From assembly GCA_000388065.2 (NCBI GenBank), contig KB932205.1: 64,000 nucleotides of DNA; one strand, given 5' to 3'. This document shows, piece after piece, positions 1 to 12,752 of this stretch. The notes below the pieces were generated by a model. It made no database searches. It was given only the letters and a program-made list of their open reading frames with translations, and was not told where the DNA came from. The stretch comes from Fonticula alba ATCC 38817 (Eukaryota; Protista; Nucleariida). The position numbers and the translations under genes were made by a program. Position 1 is the first letter of the stretch, and each line of letters opens with the position of its first letter.

Positions 1-323
1 GGGGGGGGGGCATGAGGGGGACAGAGGCCGGCATCGTTGGGCAGGAAGGCCGCAAGCTGGCCCGCCTCGGACGCCTCCCGAGTCGGTGTCCAACCGGCAG
101 CCGCGCCTGTGCAGCCGCGCCCCGTGTGTCGTACAATTATCCGCCCCCCCCCCCCCCCCCCCCCCCCCTGGGGAGAAAATGGTGGCGACGGTCGTGCGCC
201 AAGGGAGGAAGTCCCCGGTGGCTCCTGCCGACTCGACATCGGCCAATTGCCGGGCCAGGGGGCTTCTCTGCCTTTCGCGCGTCTGCCGGCGCGGCGCGGT
301 GGCCGAGGAGTCTTGTCTCATGA

Positions 324-348
324 GTGTGTGTGTGTGTGTGTGTGTGTG
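324..348. repeat. (GT)n microsatellite, representative of many (e.g. ~1033, 1542, 6644, 14439, 17588, 29378, 36151, 60566)
   Basis: Directly visible dinucleotide tracts. Those within modelled genes fall in introns. Confidence 0.95.
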
Positions 349-3300
349 CCCCCCCCCCCCGCCCCGCCCCCGGGTAGACTCTCTCCCTCGGACGCGGGCG
401 GCCCCGGGAGAGAGCCAATGACGCCGGGTACGGTCGCAGGACGGGCGGCCTGCTCGCAAACGACTGGTGGGGCCCCGCCCGCAACTTTCCCCCGTTTATC
501 GCCCCACGCATTCCCCCGGGGCGCCCTGCTGGCGTCTGCCCCAAGGGTGCAGGTTGTGCTCACCGAGAGAGTCCCAGCGCCGGTGAGGGCCCTCGCCGGC
601 GCCGGCACCCGGGCGGGGGTGTGCTCATCCCACCGGGCGTGCGTATGCCGTACATGCGCCAGTGTAGGCAGGCATATATGACCGCGGTCGGGCCTCTGGG
701 GGGGGCCTCGAACAGGCCAGCGCGCAGACCAGGTCCATCTCACACTGGATCGACCCCAGACCGGCGCCCTGTTCGCCCGTCCCAACACGCCTGGTGCAAC
801 CTTTACGCAGACCCCGTCCCATGTGGTGTTCACAGTCGACCGCTGTGGACATACCACACCGGTGCACGCCGCACCTCCCGGGGGCCCGGGACGCACACAC
901 GCACATGCGCGAGAGCGTGCACACGCGAGGGCGCTGCCGGGTCCCTCGCACCCCGTCCGGCGGGGGGCCCCCTTCCGCGGCTTTTCCCCGGCTTCGCCCC
1001 TCCGGCCTTGCGAGTGTGACGCGCCTCGCTGAGTGTGTGTGTGTGTGTGTGTGTGTGGTCCCGCGGTGGCAGCGAGGCCCTGCGCCCGCACCAAACACTG
1101 GCTCATGCTGGTCACATATTGGGACCCCCCTATCCCTCGGTCCCCCACCTACCTGGGCTCTTCTGAGGACGGGGGGGGGTGGGGGGGGGGCCGGCCAGCG
1201 ACACAGCACCGGGTGTCTTCCCATTTTGTGGGCGGTCCAGAAGACGCCTTGGCGGCGATATGGGGTTCGGCCGGTGGCTGCAGGGCGACCCCGGGCTTCC
1301 CATGGCACCTGCGTGCCGGTGTCCGTCTCTGCGCCTGCTCTGCCGCACTTCGCCCCCCCGCTCGCCTGTTCTCGCGACCTGCGAGGCGCATCCTGGGCGA
1401 AAGCGGGGCCGCGGAAGCCGACAAGACCGCGGACAGGGGGGACCACCAGCACCCTGCTCCCCTCTTTGCGGGCGGCTGCACAGGCACACACTCACACACA
1501 GCCAGCCAGCCAGCCAGCCAGCCAGACCCACACATGCATGCGCACACACACACACACACACACAGGGGGCCCAAGTTGCCCGATTGTTGAGTACCTTGTC
1601 ATTTTCACCCGCATGTGCCCCCCTTCCCGTCGCACCACCCCCTGGGCTGGCGTGGCGGATGTTCCACCCGGCCGGTTCGTCCTGGCGAAAGGCGCAATTC
1701 ACCGCCCCCCCCCCCTACCTGGGCGCCTTTTGGACAAAATGCGCTTTCCACGCCCCGGTCCCCCGGCCCGTGGTCCCGAGAGACGCGCCTGTGTTTCATC
1801 ATGGCGCCGTGAGCCTCTGATGCACGTTTGGCGACCGACCTCCGTGCGAATGGCCTGCCCCACGGCTCCTGACGACCCAACGAGCGGCCCGGGCCAGGGC
1901 CAGCCACAGCGCGAAAGCGAGTGGGAGAAAGAGGGCGACAGGGGGGGGGGGGAGAGAGGCACCGGGCCCAGCTCACCGCGTACACAGCCGCCGCATCCAT
2001 GGAGAGTGGGCACGTCTCTGCCGCCGTTGCCCGCCGGCAAGCCACCGGCCGACGGGGCATGCGTGCACCCCCTCCGCATGCGGCCGACAAGTGTGCCTCC
2101 CGTGTGGCCGGGCCTGCCGGCCGTGTTCTCCCCTGTGGCCGAGCAGATGGGCGCAGGCCGGGAACAGGAGACGGGGCGCCCCGACGTGCGAACGCGTCCG
2201 TACACATACCCCCCTTTCTGTTGTTTGGCCCGGAACATTTCCCCCCACCCCCGTCCCCACTCCTCCCCCCGGAGGGACGGCACACGGGAACGGCGCGAGC
2301 AGCCGCTCCCACACCGCCCACCCGCCGCCGGGACGATATGCTCCCCCCCCCCCTCCCGCTCTCGGACTGCAAAATGTCCCGACCGGCCGCAGGTGCCCCA
2401 CAGCCGCGCCTGCTTTTTTTTTCCCACATTCACGGCTCCTCCCGAGAGTCTGGGTGCCGGCGCCATTGCCGAAGTACTCGCTCAACATGCGAGAGCAAGA
2501 ACGGGGCGGGGGCGGGGGCGAGGTGCCATCCGGGTTGGCAACGAGCTCCCCTCCTGCCCCACTCAGCTGTGCACAGACGCACGGGGGTGGGTGGGGGGGG
2601 GGGGGAACGATGTGGCAAGGCAGGCGGATTTCCGCTCGTCTCACGCCCACCCCCCTCCCCCCCTTTCCGGAGGTGGGTGGCTGGCTGGGGGCAGAGACGT
2701 GCTGGAGCGAGCGAACTGGCAGCAATGCCCGTCGATGATCGACGCGCTCGGAGCTGGCGCACGCGCGCTTTCCGGCGATTTTCGCCGAGCCATGCTCCGG
2801 AACAGGCGCGCGAGGCGAGGGCGCCCCGGCGGCCGCCAAAGAGAGATTCCCGCCCGCGATCCCGCTCGCCACCGAGCCACCCCCCCCCACCCCCCCCCCC
2901 CCCCCCCTCCACCACCCCCACGAAAAAACAGACCACCAACAGCCGCCTCCCAGACCCGCCTGCTCGGCTTGGTGGTCTGCATCCCTATTGCCCTCTTCTC
3001 TCCCTTTGCCAGTCTGCACGCGCACTCCCCCCCTCCTCGCTCGTGGTCGCTCCCGCCTGCGCCCCCATCCCCCCCCCCTTTCCGTGCGCGGCCAGCTGCC
3101 CTATTTAGAGTACATGTCCTTCGCCGGCCTTGCGCCCGGCAGCCTCCCCACTTTTGGGCACTGGCCCCGGACGCGATCGCATGACCATGGCCCCATCTCG
3201 CGCTTCTGCATACTCCCCCCGCCCTGCCCCGCCCCGCCCCGCCCCCTCGCCCCTTTGCCTCCTCTTGCGGCTGCCGCGCCTCCTGCGCAGCACCCCCTAC

Positions 3301-3417
3301 CCTTGCCTGTCCCATCTGCCGTTCCCTATCCCCGCGTCCTGACCCCTCCCCCCCCTCCCCCCGCGCCCACCAACCTGGCACCCGTTGCTCCTTCACGTCC
3401 TGCCCCATGCTTTCCAG

Positions 3418-3535
3418 CTTCCGAGCTTGCACCTGACTGGCAACCAGGACTCGATCAAGCGCCACTGCTCTGTGGCCCCCAGCTCCAGTCAGCCGGAGCT
3501 CCATTCTGCCGAGGATCAGGCAGCTATTGTGTTGC

Positions 3536-3568
<33 letters not shown>

Positions 3569-6500
3569 TCCACCAGCTTCAGGGGGAGTATCTTTCGCCG
3601 CAGCCGCCCCCTCCCGGGGCGACCACCTTGCCCAGCGCCACTGCCGACAGCGCGGCGGCCCCTGCCGCCTCGCCTGGGATGTACTCGGTCGACAACGGCC
3701 CCGCGACATCCCCCCAGCGCGGCCAGCCAGGCCAGGTGCGCACCCCGCTCCAGGCACCACCCTACCAACAGTCGTCGACGCCCTACCAGTCGACATCGTA
3801 CCAGCTGTCTCCGCAGTCCTACGGCCAACAGCAGCAGCAGCAGCAGCTGCTACTGCAATCCTACATCCAGCAGCAGACGCGGCAGCTTCCCGCCACGAGC
3901 AGCACCGCTGGCAATTCCCAAGCCGACCAGCAGCACCTGCTGCTGCCCGCGGCTGGTGCCGTGAACGCCGGCTTCCCCTCGGCCACAGCAGGCAGCACTC
4001 CCATCGCTGCCCAGTACGTCCAGTCGGCCGGCAGCCAGTACGCACTGGCTCCCCAGTCAGCCTCGTACTCCCCGTCTCCCTATCAGCCAGCAGGCTCGTA
4101 CACACAGTCGGCCTCTCCGCAGTACCTTCTGCAGCAGCTGGCCCCAGCCCAACAGTCGGGCCAATATCACGGCCAGTCGCAGCCGCCGCCGCCGCCGTCG
4201 TCGCAGCAACAGCAGCAGCAGCAACAACAACAACAACAACAACAACCTCACAACGGTGCCTGGGCTCTCGCGTCCGGCCAGCACCAGCCGATCACCGAGC
4301 CGCATCACGGCGACATGCCGCCAGCCAGTGATGCCTACCTCCTGGACGCCGGGCTCCTGCTGCCGAATGGAGGCAAGGTCACCGGGCTCCTTTCTTCGGC
4401 CTCCGCGAGCGGGCTGTCCGGGTCGGCCGGGCCAGCGGAGGAAGGCCCGCCGGTCCTCGGGGACTCGGGGCTCGCGTGCGGGCGCCCGCCCACTGGCATG
4501 GCCCTTCTCATGGACCCGGCGGGTCCCTCTCAGGGGGGGCCCGGCGCGGCCGGGGCCACCATCGGCCCGGCTGCGGCCGCGGGAAACACCCCCCACGGCG
4601 CCATCGCCGCCACTCCGAGCGGTGGGAATCCGATGCCGGAGGCCTCCCCCTCCGACGAGGCATTCGGCTTCCTCTCGGCACTGGTCAACACCGGCACGGG
4701 GGCCGGCGGCATGGCAGGTGGCCAGCCGCTCAAGCGCCGCCGCCAGCAGCTGGATGACATGCAGCATCTCATCAGCAGCGCCGGCCTCGGCAGCAGCAGC
4801 ACCGGCGCCCTGTCCACAGCAGACCCGGAGGACGACATGCTGCGAACCGCCGACATGGCGGAGTACCTTCAGGCGCCCGGGGCTGGCGGCGGCCCCGGCG
4901 GCGGGGGCGGCACCGCCCGCCGGTCATCCTCCTCGCCCCCCGGCGGGGTGGGCGATCTGTCGGACCCGCAATCCGCCGGCGAGGAGCTGGCCGATGCCGA
5001 CACGCGCCAATCGGCCGCCGGGGCAGCCGGTGCCGCCAGCGGCGCCGGCCAGCGCCGGGGAAAGAGCATGCGCCAGCGCCGCAGCGAGATCGAGCAGCGC
5101 TCCCGGCAACTCCAGCGCCGCAACTTCCAGTACATCACCGAGACCCTGATCGATCGCAGCCTGACCGAGGCGGCCGTCATGCGGTGTGAGAGCGTCGCGC
5201 AGCACACTCTCTCGGCGCAGCTCCGTGGGTGCGTCCTCTGCCTGGAGGGCCGGCCGGCGGGGGGAGGGTGTCTTAGTTTGTTTGTTTGTTTGTTTGTTTT
5301 TTTGCCCGTCCCTCCTGCCGAGGCCGGGCTAGCCAGCCGGCCGGCCGGCCGGCCGAAAGGGGGGCGGGGGAGGATCATGGCGCATGGTGCCCCCAGGCAT
5401 GGTGCCCCCCGCTCCGGCCCCGCTCCTGAAGCGTCCACACTTTGAAGATATTGACATTTGCGGATGCTGTTTTTGTCCATGTGCCCCCCCCCCCTCCCTT
5501 GGCACGACTGGCCCCCATCTTGGCCATCTCGCGTCCGTCTGCTCGCTCGGTCTTCGGGTTTCCCGTCATGATGACCCCACGTGCGGCCACCATGACCATA
5601 TCGTCCACACGCTCGCGTATCCAGCATTGTCGAGCAGTTCAAAAACCAGAGCACCACCGACCAGCTCAAGGGCGATGGCACCAGCGCGGTACGCCGGCCG
5701 CGCCTCTGCCCGGGCCTTTCCGGAATGAAGAAGAAAGCCCATGTGAATACGTGCCACAAGGAATGCTGACAGCTCATCGCGCGAACAATTCGCCCCTCCC
5801 TTCGGCCCGGGTCCTGCCTCCTGGTCTCGGGGATCGCGAAGAGCCTCTTCCCCATGCCGGAGCCCAATCTCATCAAAAACAAGGAGCAGGTCCAGGAGTA
5901 CATCAAGTCGGTATGTCGCCCGCGCTCCGCCCTCTCGCCGGGCCAATTGTGTCCCTGGCGCGTGCACGCATGCACGCATGCACAGCACACGCCCCCCCCT
6001 TCTCCCGCCTGCCCCCTCCCTCCCCACCCTACACACACAGACACACACGCACACACGTACAGGGGGGAGGAAGTGGGCTTATTTTTCCGGGGCCCGCCCT
6101 GTTGCCGTCAGTCAAGCCTGGTGATCGGGTCTGCCGTCACGCCGCCGAGGCTGCCTTAACTAGGCGCTGAGTCCGGCTGCCGGCGCCTCTCGCCTCCTCT
6201 CCACCGCCCCTCGAGTTAAGTCGCGCCCGCGAGCGAGCACCAACTGACCCTCGACGCTGCTTTGCGCATGCACCCAGCTGAATGCCCTGCCCAATCAGAA
6301 TGTCCCCTCGCGCACGGTCCAGTCCAAGATGTACACCTTTCTGCGGAATATCTTCGACGCCGGGTCAGTAGAGGGGCGCCGGCGTTTCCGGTGGGATGTC
6401 AGCACGGAATTCACCGGCGTCGACGTCAAGCTCATGCGCATGTGGCTGGACATGTGCGTGTCCCTCTCTCTCTCTCTCGCCTCCTCTCTCTCTCTCGCGC

Positions 6501-7378
6501 ACGCGCGCCCACCTTTTGTGGGGCAGCAGGCGGGGGCGGTGAACAGCGACAGCTGCCTCCCATAACCGCGCTGGCCTCCAAGAATGTGTACTGACATCGT
6601 CCCACGGGCCGGGTCCCTGGCGGATGTGCCTGTACGGCGCACCTGTGTGTGTGTGTGTGTGTGCTGTTTCTCCCGCCCGGCCCCCAGCTTCCTGGCCCAG
6701 TTCCTTGCCGCCAGCATCCAGAGCACCCACCACGTGGGGAAGGAGTCCTATGCGGCGGCGCTGGCATCCAGCTCCGGTGCCGGCCGGGGGCTGGCCGGGT
6801 CGGAGGCCCCCGGGTCGCACTTGGCACCGGCGGCGCATCATCATCTGCTGGCGGCGGCAGTCTATGACGGGGGAATGGCCGTCGAGCAGGCGGCACAGCA
6901 TTCGACATCGACAAGCCCGCCGGCCGGGGCCGGCGGCGGAGGGGCCCCCGATCCGCAGCCCCAGTCGGGCTACCACCATGCAGGTGCCCTTGGATTTGGC
7001 GAGCCCGCCACCTCGGCCGCGGCGCACTCGGCCATCTTTCACCAGCAGGCGAACCAATTCCACCTCCAGCAGCAGCAGGTCGAGCGGGACCTGCAGCAGC
7101 AGCAGCAGCTCCACCATGGGCTCCAGCACCAGCAACAGGTCCACCAGCTTCAGCGACGTATCCAGGCCCAGCAGCAGCTGGCCCTGCTGACCCAGGCGAC
7201 GGGGCCGGCCACGGTCGGCGCCACCCCCTCCCCGGGGGGGGGTGACCCGGCCGCGGCCGCCCCGGCCATGCACTTTGTCGCGGATCAAGTCCACACCGCG
7301 GGACGCCCACAACAGACCAGCAGCCACGGGCCGGGCATGGTTGCCGGGGTGTATGGCCTCGGCGAGTCGCTTTCCACC

Positions 7379-7414
<36 letters not shown>

Positions 7415-8287
7415 CACCATCCCCACGGCGGATTCGGTGGTTCCGCGGGCGGAACGCTTCCGGTGGCCGCCGCAGGGGGACCAGATGCGGTGGAGTATGG
7501 CCCGAATAGCGGGCACACGCCCCCCGTGGCGCCGCACCACCACCAGCACCACCACCAGCCGGCACATCACCACCATCATCAGCACCGGATACCGGCGGTC
7601 CTGTCGCCGGCCGAGGCGATGGCCGAGACCGGCCCGGCCATGACTGGCAGCTACTTCAAACTGTCGGCCACGCCGCCGATCATCAAACAGCCGCCCGCCA
7701 CGACGTCGCCGCCGCCGCCGCCGCCGCCGTCGACCACGGCCACGGCGCTGGTCAGCAGCCTCACCGGAGCCGGGCCTGGATGGGCCGACCCGCGCAATGG
7801 CGCCGCCGGCGCCAATGGCGGCGCCACCTACGAGCAACAATACTTCGCCCCGCAGCCGCCGCCGCCGCAGCAGCAGCAGCAGCAGCAGCAGCCGCAGCAG
7901 CCGCAGTACCCCCTGCATTTGGTGACGGGCCTGGGCGAGGGCCCCGGGCCCGGGGCCACGGCCGCCATTTTGGCCTCCTCGCTGCCTGGGCTGTTCGAGC
8001 AATTGGGGGCCGTGGCGGCACCGCGAACGGCGGGCCCGGCAGCCACCAGCCCCGGGCGGTCGTCGGATGCGGCTCCCGCGGCCGGGCCCGGGGGCAGTGC
8101 GGGCCCCTGCCCGCGGCTGGATTCGCCCCTGGTGGCCGCCACCACGGGGGTCCTCATGGCCACCGGGTCGGGGGGCATCATGCGCCTGCAGCCGCAGCCG
8201 CAGCCGCAGCACCAACAGTCGCACAACCTCCACAACTTGCAGCTCCAGCTTCAGATCCAGAAGCTCCAGCAGCAGCAACTGTTGCAA

Positions 8288-8318
<31 letters not shown>

Positions 8319-8902
8319 GACAAGAGCAGGACCCGACGGCCGGGGATAGATTCCCAAGCCCGGCGCCGGGGGTGGCGACGATCGCCCCGGGCTCGGCCCC
8401 GGTCGCCGCCGGGACCACCATGGCTGCCGCCCAATCGGGCGATGCGCTGTTCCTCAGCCAGTATGCCGCGGTGCTGTCCCAACTGACAGCAGCCGACCAG
8501 CCGGCGGCGGCCACGCACCATCCCCACCAGGGACATGCTGCCGCTGCTGCTGCTGCTGCTGCTGCTGGGAACCCCGCCGGGGGGCCGGCATTGCCGGGGC
8601 CGTTATTCGCCCCGCCGATGGCCGCGGCCCATCAACAGACACAACTCCCCCCCTCTGGCGGAGGGGGGGGACTCACGGCAGCCGCATCGCCGGTGGCGGG
8701 CTCCAGCCCCGGGGGGGCGAGCGCCACCGCCGGGACGGCAGCGCCCCCGACGGCGGCCGGTAGCCACCAGCAACACCATGCCTTCATCCTGCATCATGCT
8801 GTGGCCGGTGGCGGGAGAGCGGCCACGGCGACCGGCGGCAGCACGACCGCACCCGACTCAGACATTTTGCCGCCAGCCTCGCAGGCGGTCTTGCTGCACC
8901 TT

Positions 8903-8944
<42 letters not shown>

Positions 8945-9336
8945 TCGCATGACGGCTTCATCCGCCTGGTCGCGGCGGCGGCCGCCCCGACACCGCCGCA
9001 ACAGGGGGCCCAGCAGTTTGCCGAGTACGTTCCGTGGTTTCGGCTCGGCCCTCGAGCATTTTTCCCGACATATTCCAGGGGGGCCGCGTGCATGCGGCCT
9101 TTCTGCCCCGCCCGCGCGCCCCCCCGTGAACAGAGAGTGCACACACACACACACACACATGCCCCGCGTGCCCCTTCTTCCCCCGCTAACCCTGTGAATG
9201 TGTCTGGCATGGCAACACTTGTGCCCTGGCAAAAAAAAACAGCGACGCCCGCCCTTGGGACTACCACCAGCAGCAAGCGAGCGGCTCCGGCGACATACCC
9301 CCCTCCGGCGGCGGCGGCGGCGGCGGGTCATACTAG
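3418..9336 (+). CDS. Large polyQ/His/Pro-rich putative transcriptional regulator (>=1,501 aa) with a divergent bHLH-like motif; 5' end unresolved
   Basis: Manual GT-AG splice model: exons 3418-5183, 5625-5688, 5842-5910, 6278-6453, 6688-9024, 9243-9336 (TAG). They total 4,506 nt and stay in one open frame. Splicing exon 1 to exon 2 gives RQRRSEIEQRSRQLQRRNFQYITETLIDRSLTEAAVMRIVEQFKNQ, which has basic-helix-loop-helix spacing. Many CAG/CAA tracts. No start codon was confidently placed; the first in-frame ATG after the 3417 acceptor is near 3679. Confidence 0.6.
8903..8944 (+). repeat. (CAG)n polyglutamine tract, one of many in the regulator and RAD52 genes
   Basis: 13 CAG plus CAA in frame in exon 5. 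Similar tracts near 3538, 4204, 7382, 7868 and 8290, and on - near 25240 and 25560. Confidence 0.95.
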
Positions 9337-12300
9337 CGTGGCATCAGGGTGCCTTCCCTGGGCGAGCCCCCACACCATAGGGCGCGAGGCAGCACCTCCC
9401 CGCGCGGACATGACGCATGCCACTCGCGTCGGAAGACACAGACACAGACCCCAGAAGGGGATCCCGCAGAGGGGAACATGTATGCCACGTAAGATCGTGC
9501 GTGCATGTCCGCGCGCCCGCCCCCACGCGCGCGCCCGCATGCCAAACGACACCCCCGGGGACCGAAACAAAAAGAGAGATGCACCGCGCAGGCTCCCCCC
9601 CCCCCTCTTTAAGACCAATACACCCCAAATGCATCAGCAGCCATCGGAGAAGGCACTTTCGCCGTGTCTCGCCAGAGGCGGCGCAGGACGAAGACATGTG
9701 TGTGCTTGCCGCACGCTCCGGGGACGCACCGGGAGCCGGGGGGGGGGGGGGGGGGGGCACACGCGCCAGGCCGTGCTACTGAGACACCCGGGCCGGAAGC
9801 GGCTGCCAAGACTCTAAACGTCGTCCGGACCAACCCCCGGCTCCGCCCCCTGTTCGTTCGACTGAATGCCTCACCGACCAGGGGGCTCGCGGCGCCCGAT
9901 CTACCAGCGTCGACCTCCTCCCCCGACTATCCGGGGAGTTCCCCGCCGATCAGCGTGGCCATGTCTCAAGTGAGCGCTCAAGAGAGAGAGAGCGAGAGAG
10001 CGAGAGAGAGCGAGAGAGGGAGGCACACACGGCTGGTCGGGAAAAGGCCGAGACAAAGGGCCCGGCTGCCTCTCGCATCGGGCAGGCACGCGCCCGCGGC
10101 CGCCGAGCCCAGCCCAATACCAGGGGAGGGGATATGCCCACCTCCAGGGAGGGTTCCCACGCCCCTGAATTGTAGAAGCCACTCCCCCGCGCGGAACCCG
10201 GCCAGTAGGGCAGGAGGGGCCGACCCATCGCCAGGAGCAAGTCGCGCAGAGGGGGGAGGGACACGGATCGGCGGCCGAGAAACAGGCACCGGGGCACAGG
10301 GAGGCGGCCCCCGGCCCCCGGCACCCCGCCCCGGTGCCCGTGCCGCCGCCGGGCGGAGACCTCGTCCCTCCGGGATCTGGAAATCCCCGGTCTCCAGGGG
10401 GCAGCATCGGGACTCTCTAAGACCAGAGAGGTCTTTGGTGTGATTGTATACATTAAACACGTGGATTACGGAATGCTGTTTGCACATGTGACATGCGTCT
10501 CTGAAGTCGGGGCTCGCGCGGCTGGCCGCCTGACCGGCCTGTTGCACGCGGTTGGGGCGTCCCAGCCGGGCGGGCCGGGGCGGGGACGGGGGTAAAGCCC
10601 TTGCCGTCGCTATTCCCGCCGCCTGGGCCTTTGTGCCACAGCATCCTGAGCGGCGTGCCGGGAGGGGGGGGAGCGGCGGAAAAAAAAAGAGGATCCAAGC
10701 AGGCCGGGTGTAGGTCTCTGAAAGCAGGGCTATGCAATGGTGCCGGCCGACGCGCGGTGCGGCAGTTGGCACACCATCAAGCGAGCCCCACTCGACAACG
10801 GTATCCCCACGGCTGGTTCTCCGGGCGGGCACGGAAGGGACGAGGGGCAGGGGCGCCGGGAAAATGGGGCCATGGCCAGCGGCCCACCCGGCCACCTCCA
10901 GGTGGGCGTGTGTGTGTCCCCTCCGGGAGAAAAAAGAGCACACACGCACCCGAAGGCCTTTCGCGGTGGGGGTGGGCAGGGGTGGGGAGGGGGGGGGGGG
11001 CAGACCTCGACCCTTGAGCCGCCTCGGAAAATATTGCCCCCTCGCCTCGGGCGGAGGACCTTCGGTGGCGTCCTCCGCTCGTGTGGTTGACTGCATCACG
11101 CAGCCCGGCCATGTCCATCACATATATGTTGGGGGAATACTTTTTCCCTCGATAAGGCTGGCTCAGGTGGCTGTGGGCTTCCTGGTGTGTTCGGCCGGCT
11201 GGCCGGCCAGCCACGGCCTTGCCGGTTCCCCCCCCCCCTCCTCCGCCGTGGGTTCCGGGCCTCGTCGTCTAGCGCCAGAGTGGCTAGGCATCGCACCCTG
11301 GGGTGCAACACGTTTTCCTCTGGCGCGCGCGTCCGGGGAAAAACCCTCAGGCGCTCCACCCCCCCCCCACCCCGCTCCCCCAGCCGGGCCCTGTCGTCGG
11401 TCCCCCTTCGCAGATGGCGTCCGGGCCGTTTCTTTGCACCGGCGCGCGCTCCTCTGTATTCCATTTTGAACTTGTACCCCCCCCCCCCCCCCCCGGTCCC
11501 CCCCGGGGGTGGGAGGGCGGGCGAGAGGACGGATGTCCCAGCTGGAGAGGGGCCCTCCTGCCCCGGCGGCGGTCTCGTGGCCACATCCTCCCCTCTATCT
11601 GCGGCCGTTTCCTCCTCGTGCATACGTGCCCAAGGGCGGAGCCGGATGGAGGGGACCCGGAGCCAGGGCAGGGCAGGACACGCCGCCGGGCTGCGTGTGT
11701 GTGCATGGGCGAACATGCCAGCCCCGCCGGCCAAGTGTTCCCAACCAGTTCTGAAGTTGTATGCCGGTGCGCCGCCGGGCGGCCCTCCCCCCCCCGCCCG
11801 CCCGCCCGCCCGCCCGCCCGCCCCCCGGTTCCTTCGCCCGGGCCGGCGCGCAAGCGAGACCGCGCGCCGGTTTGGGGGAGAGGGGGCCGGGAGGGGGGGG
11901 GGGCGGGGGCGCGAGTTAGCTCTCCCCCGGCCCAGGTGGCCCCCGGCTCTGTGGGCAACACGCCTATGCCTCGCGTTTCCCCCACACCCAAGTGCCCTCC
12001 CGGCATGATCGTGCCTGTGGGGGTAGAGACCCCATTTTCGCGGCCACCGGGCAGGCGCCCCCGGACAATGACTCCTGGCACCCCCCCCGGCCGCCCGTCC
12101 GCCCGGGGTGTGTGGGGTCCAGGCGGCCGGCCCGGGGACACCAGCCCCCTGAGTCATCTGCCCTGGCCGGGCTGGCGGCCGGCGCGCTCTCGCGACACCT
12201 CCAACCTCGCCTGCCCGAGGCGGGGTGCGGGGGGGGGGGTGCCCAGCCCAGTCGGGGCTCCGGGTCGTGTGCCCTCGCGCGGCAAGGTGTCGCGCAGCGC

Positions 12301-12752
12301 ACGCTAGTCTCGGGGCGCCGGTATCCCGGCCCCGCCCGGTGCTGGCGCCCCGGTGGCCGGGCGAGGGGGGCAACTAGAGCACCGGCCCCGGCGGCGCTGC
12401 CCAGGCACCCCCCTCCCCCGGCACCGGCACCGGCGCCGGGCGCCCGGGCGCCCGGGCTTCGCCCTCTCCTGCCCCCGGCAGTCAAGAGGCCCCCCGTCAC
12501 CGGGAACTGGCTGCGCCGGTCCCGGCAGCGACCCTGTATTGTTGTTGTAGTACGACTTCCTCCCGTCCCCCTCCCCCCCGTTCCTCCCTCTCCGCGTGTT
12601 GCACCTCGCCCGGCCCTGGCCCCCGCCCCCCCCCTCATATACACGCCCCCCACAACTCCCCCCCCCCCCCGCCCCCGCCGCCCTGCCGCTCGGGCACGCA
12701 TATGCTGCGCAGGTAGTCCTCGCAACAGGCTCGTTCCTCCCCACCCTTCAAG

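Noticed and set aside
794-3184. 796-aa ORF and many other long overlapping or antisense ORFs (e.g. 6365..8536, 30644..32698, 40611..42305, 51556..53079)
   Set aside because: Arg/Pro/Gly/Ala-rich, run through microsatellites, lack motifs, and mostly lie antisense to supported genes. Stops are rare at this GC content.
10439-10504. AT-richer island with TGATTG...CTGA resembling a box C/D snoRNA
   Set aside because: Imperfect C box, no terminal stem, and only about 7 nt complementary to an rRNA segment that I could recall.
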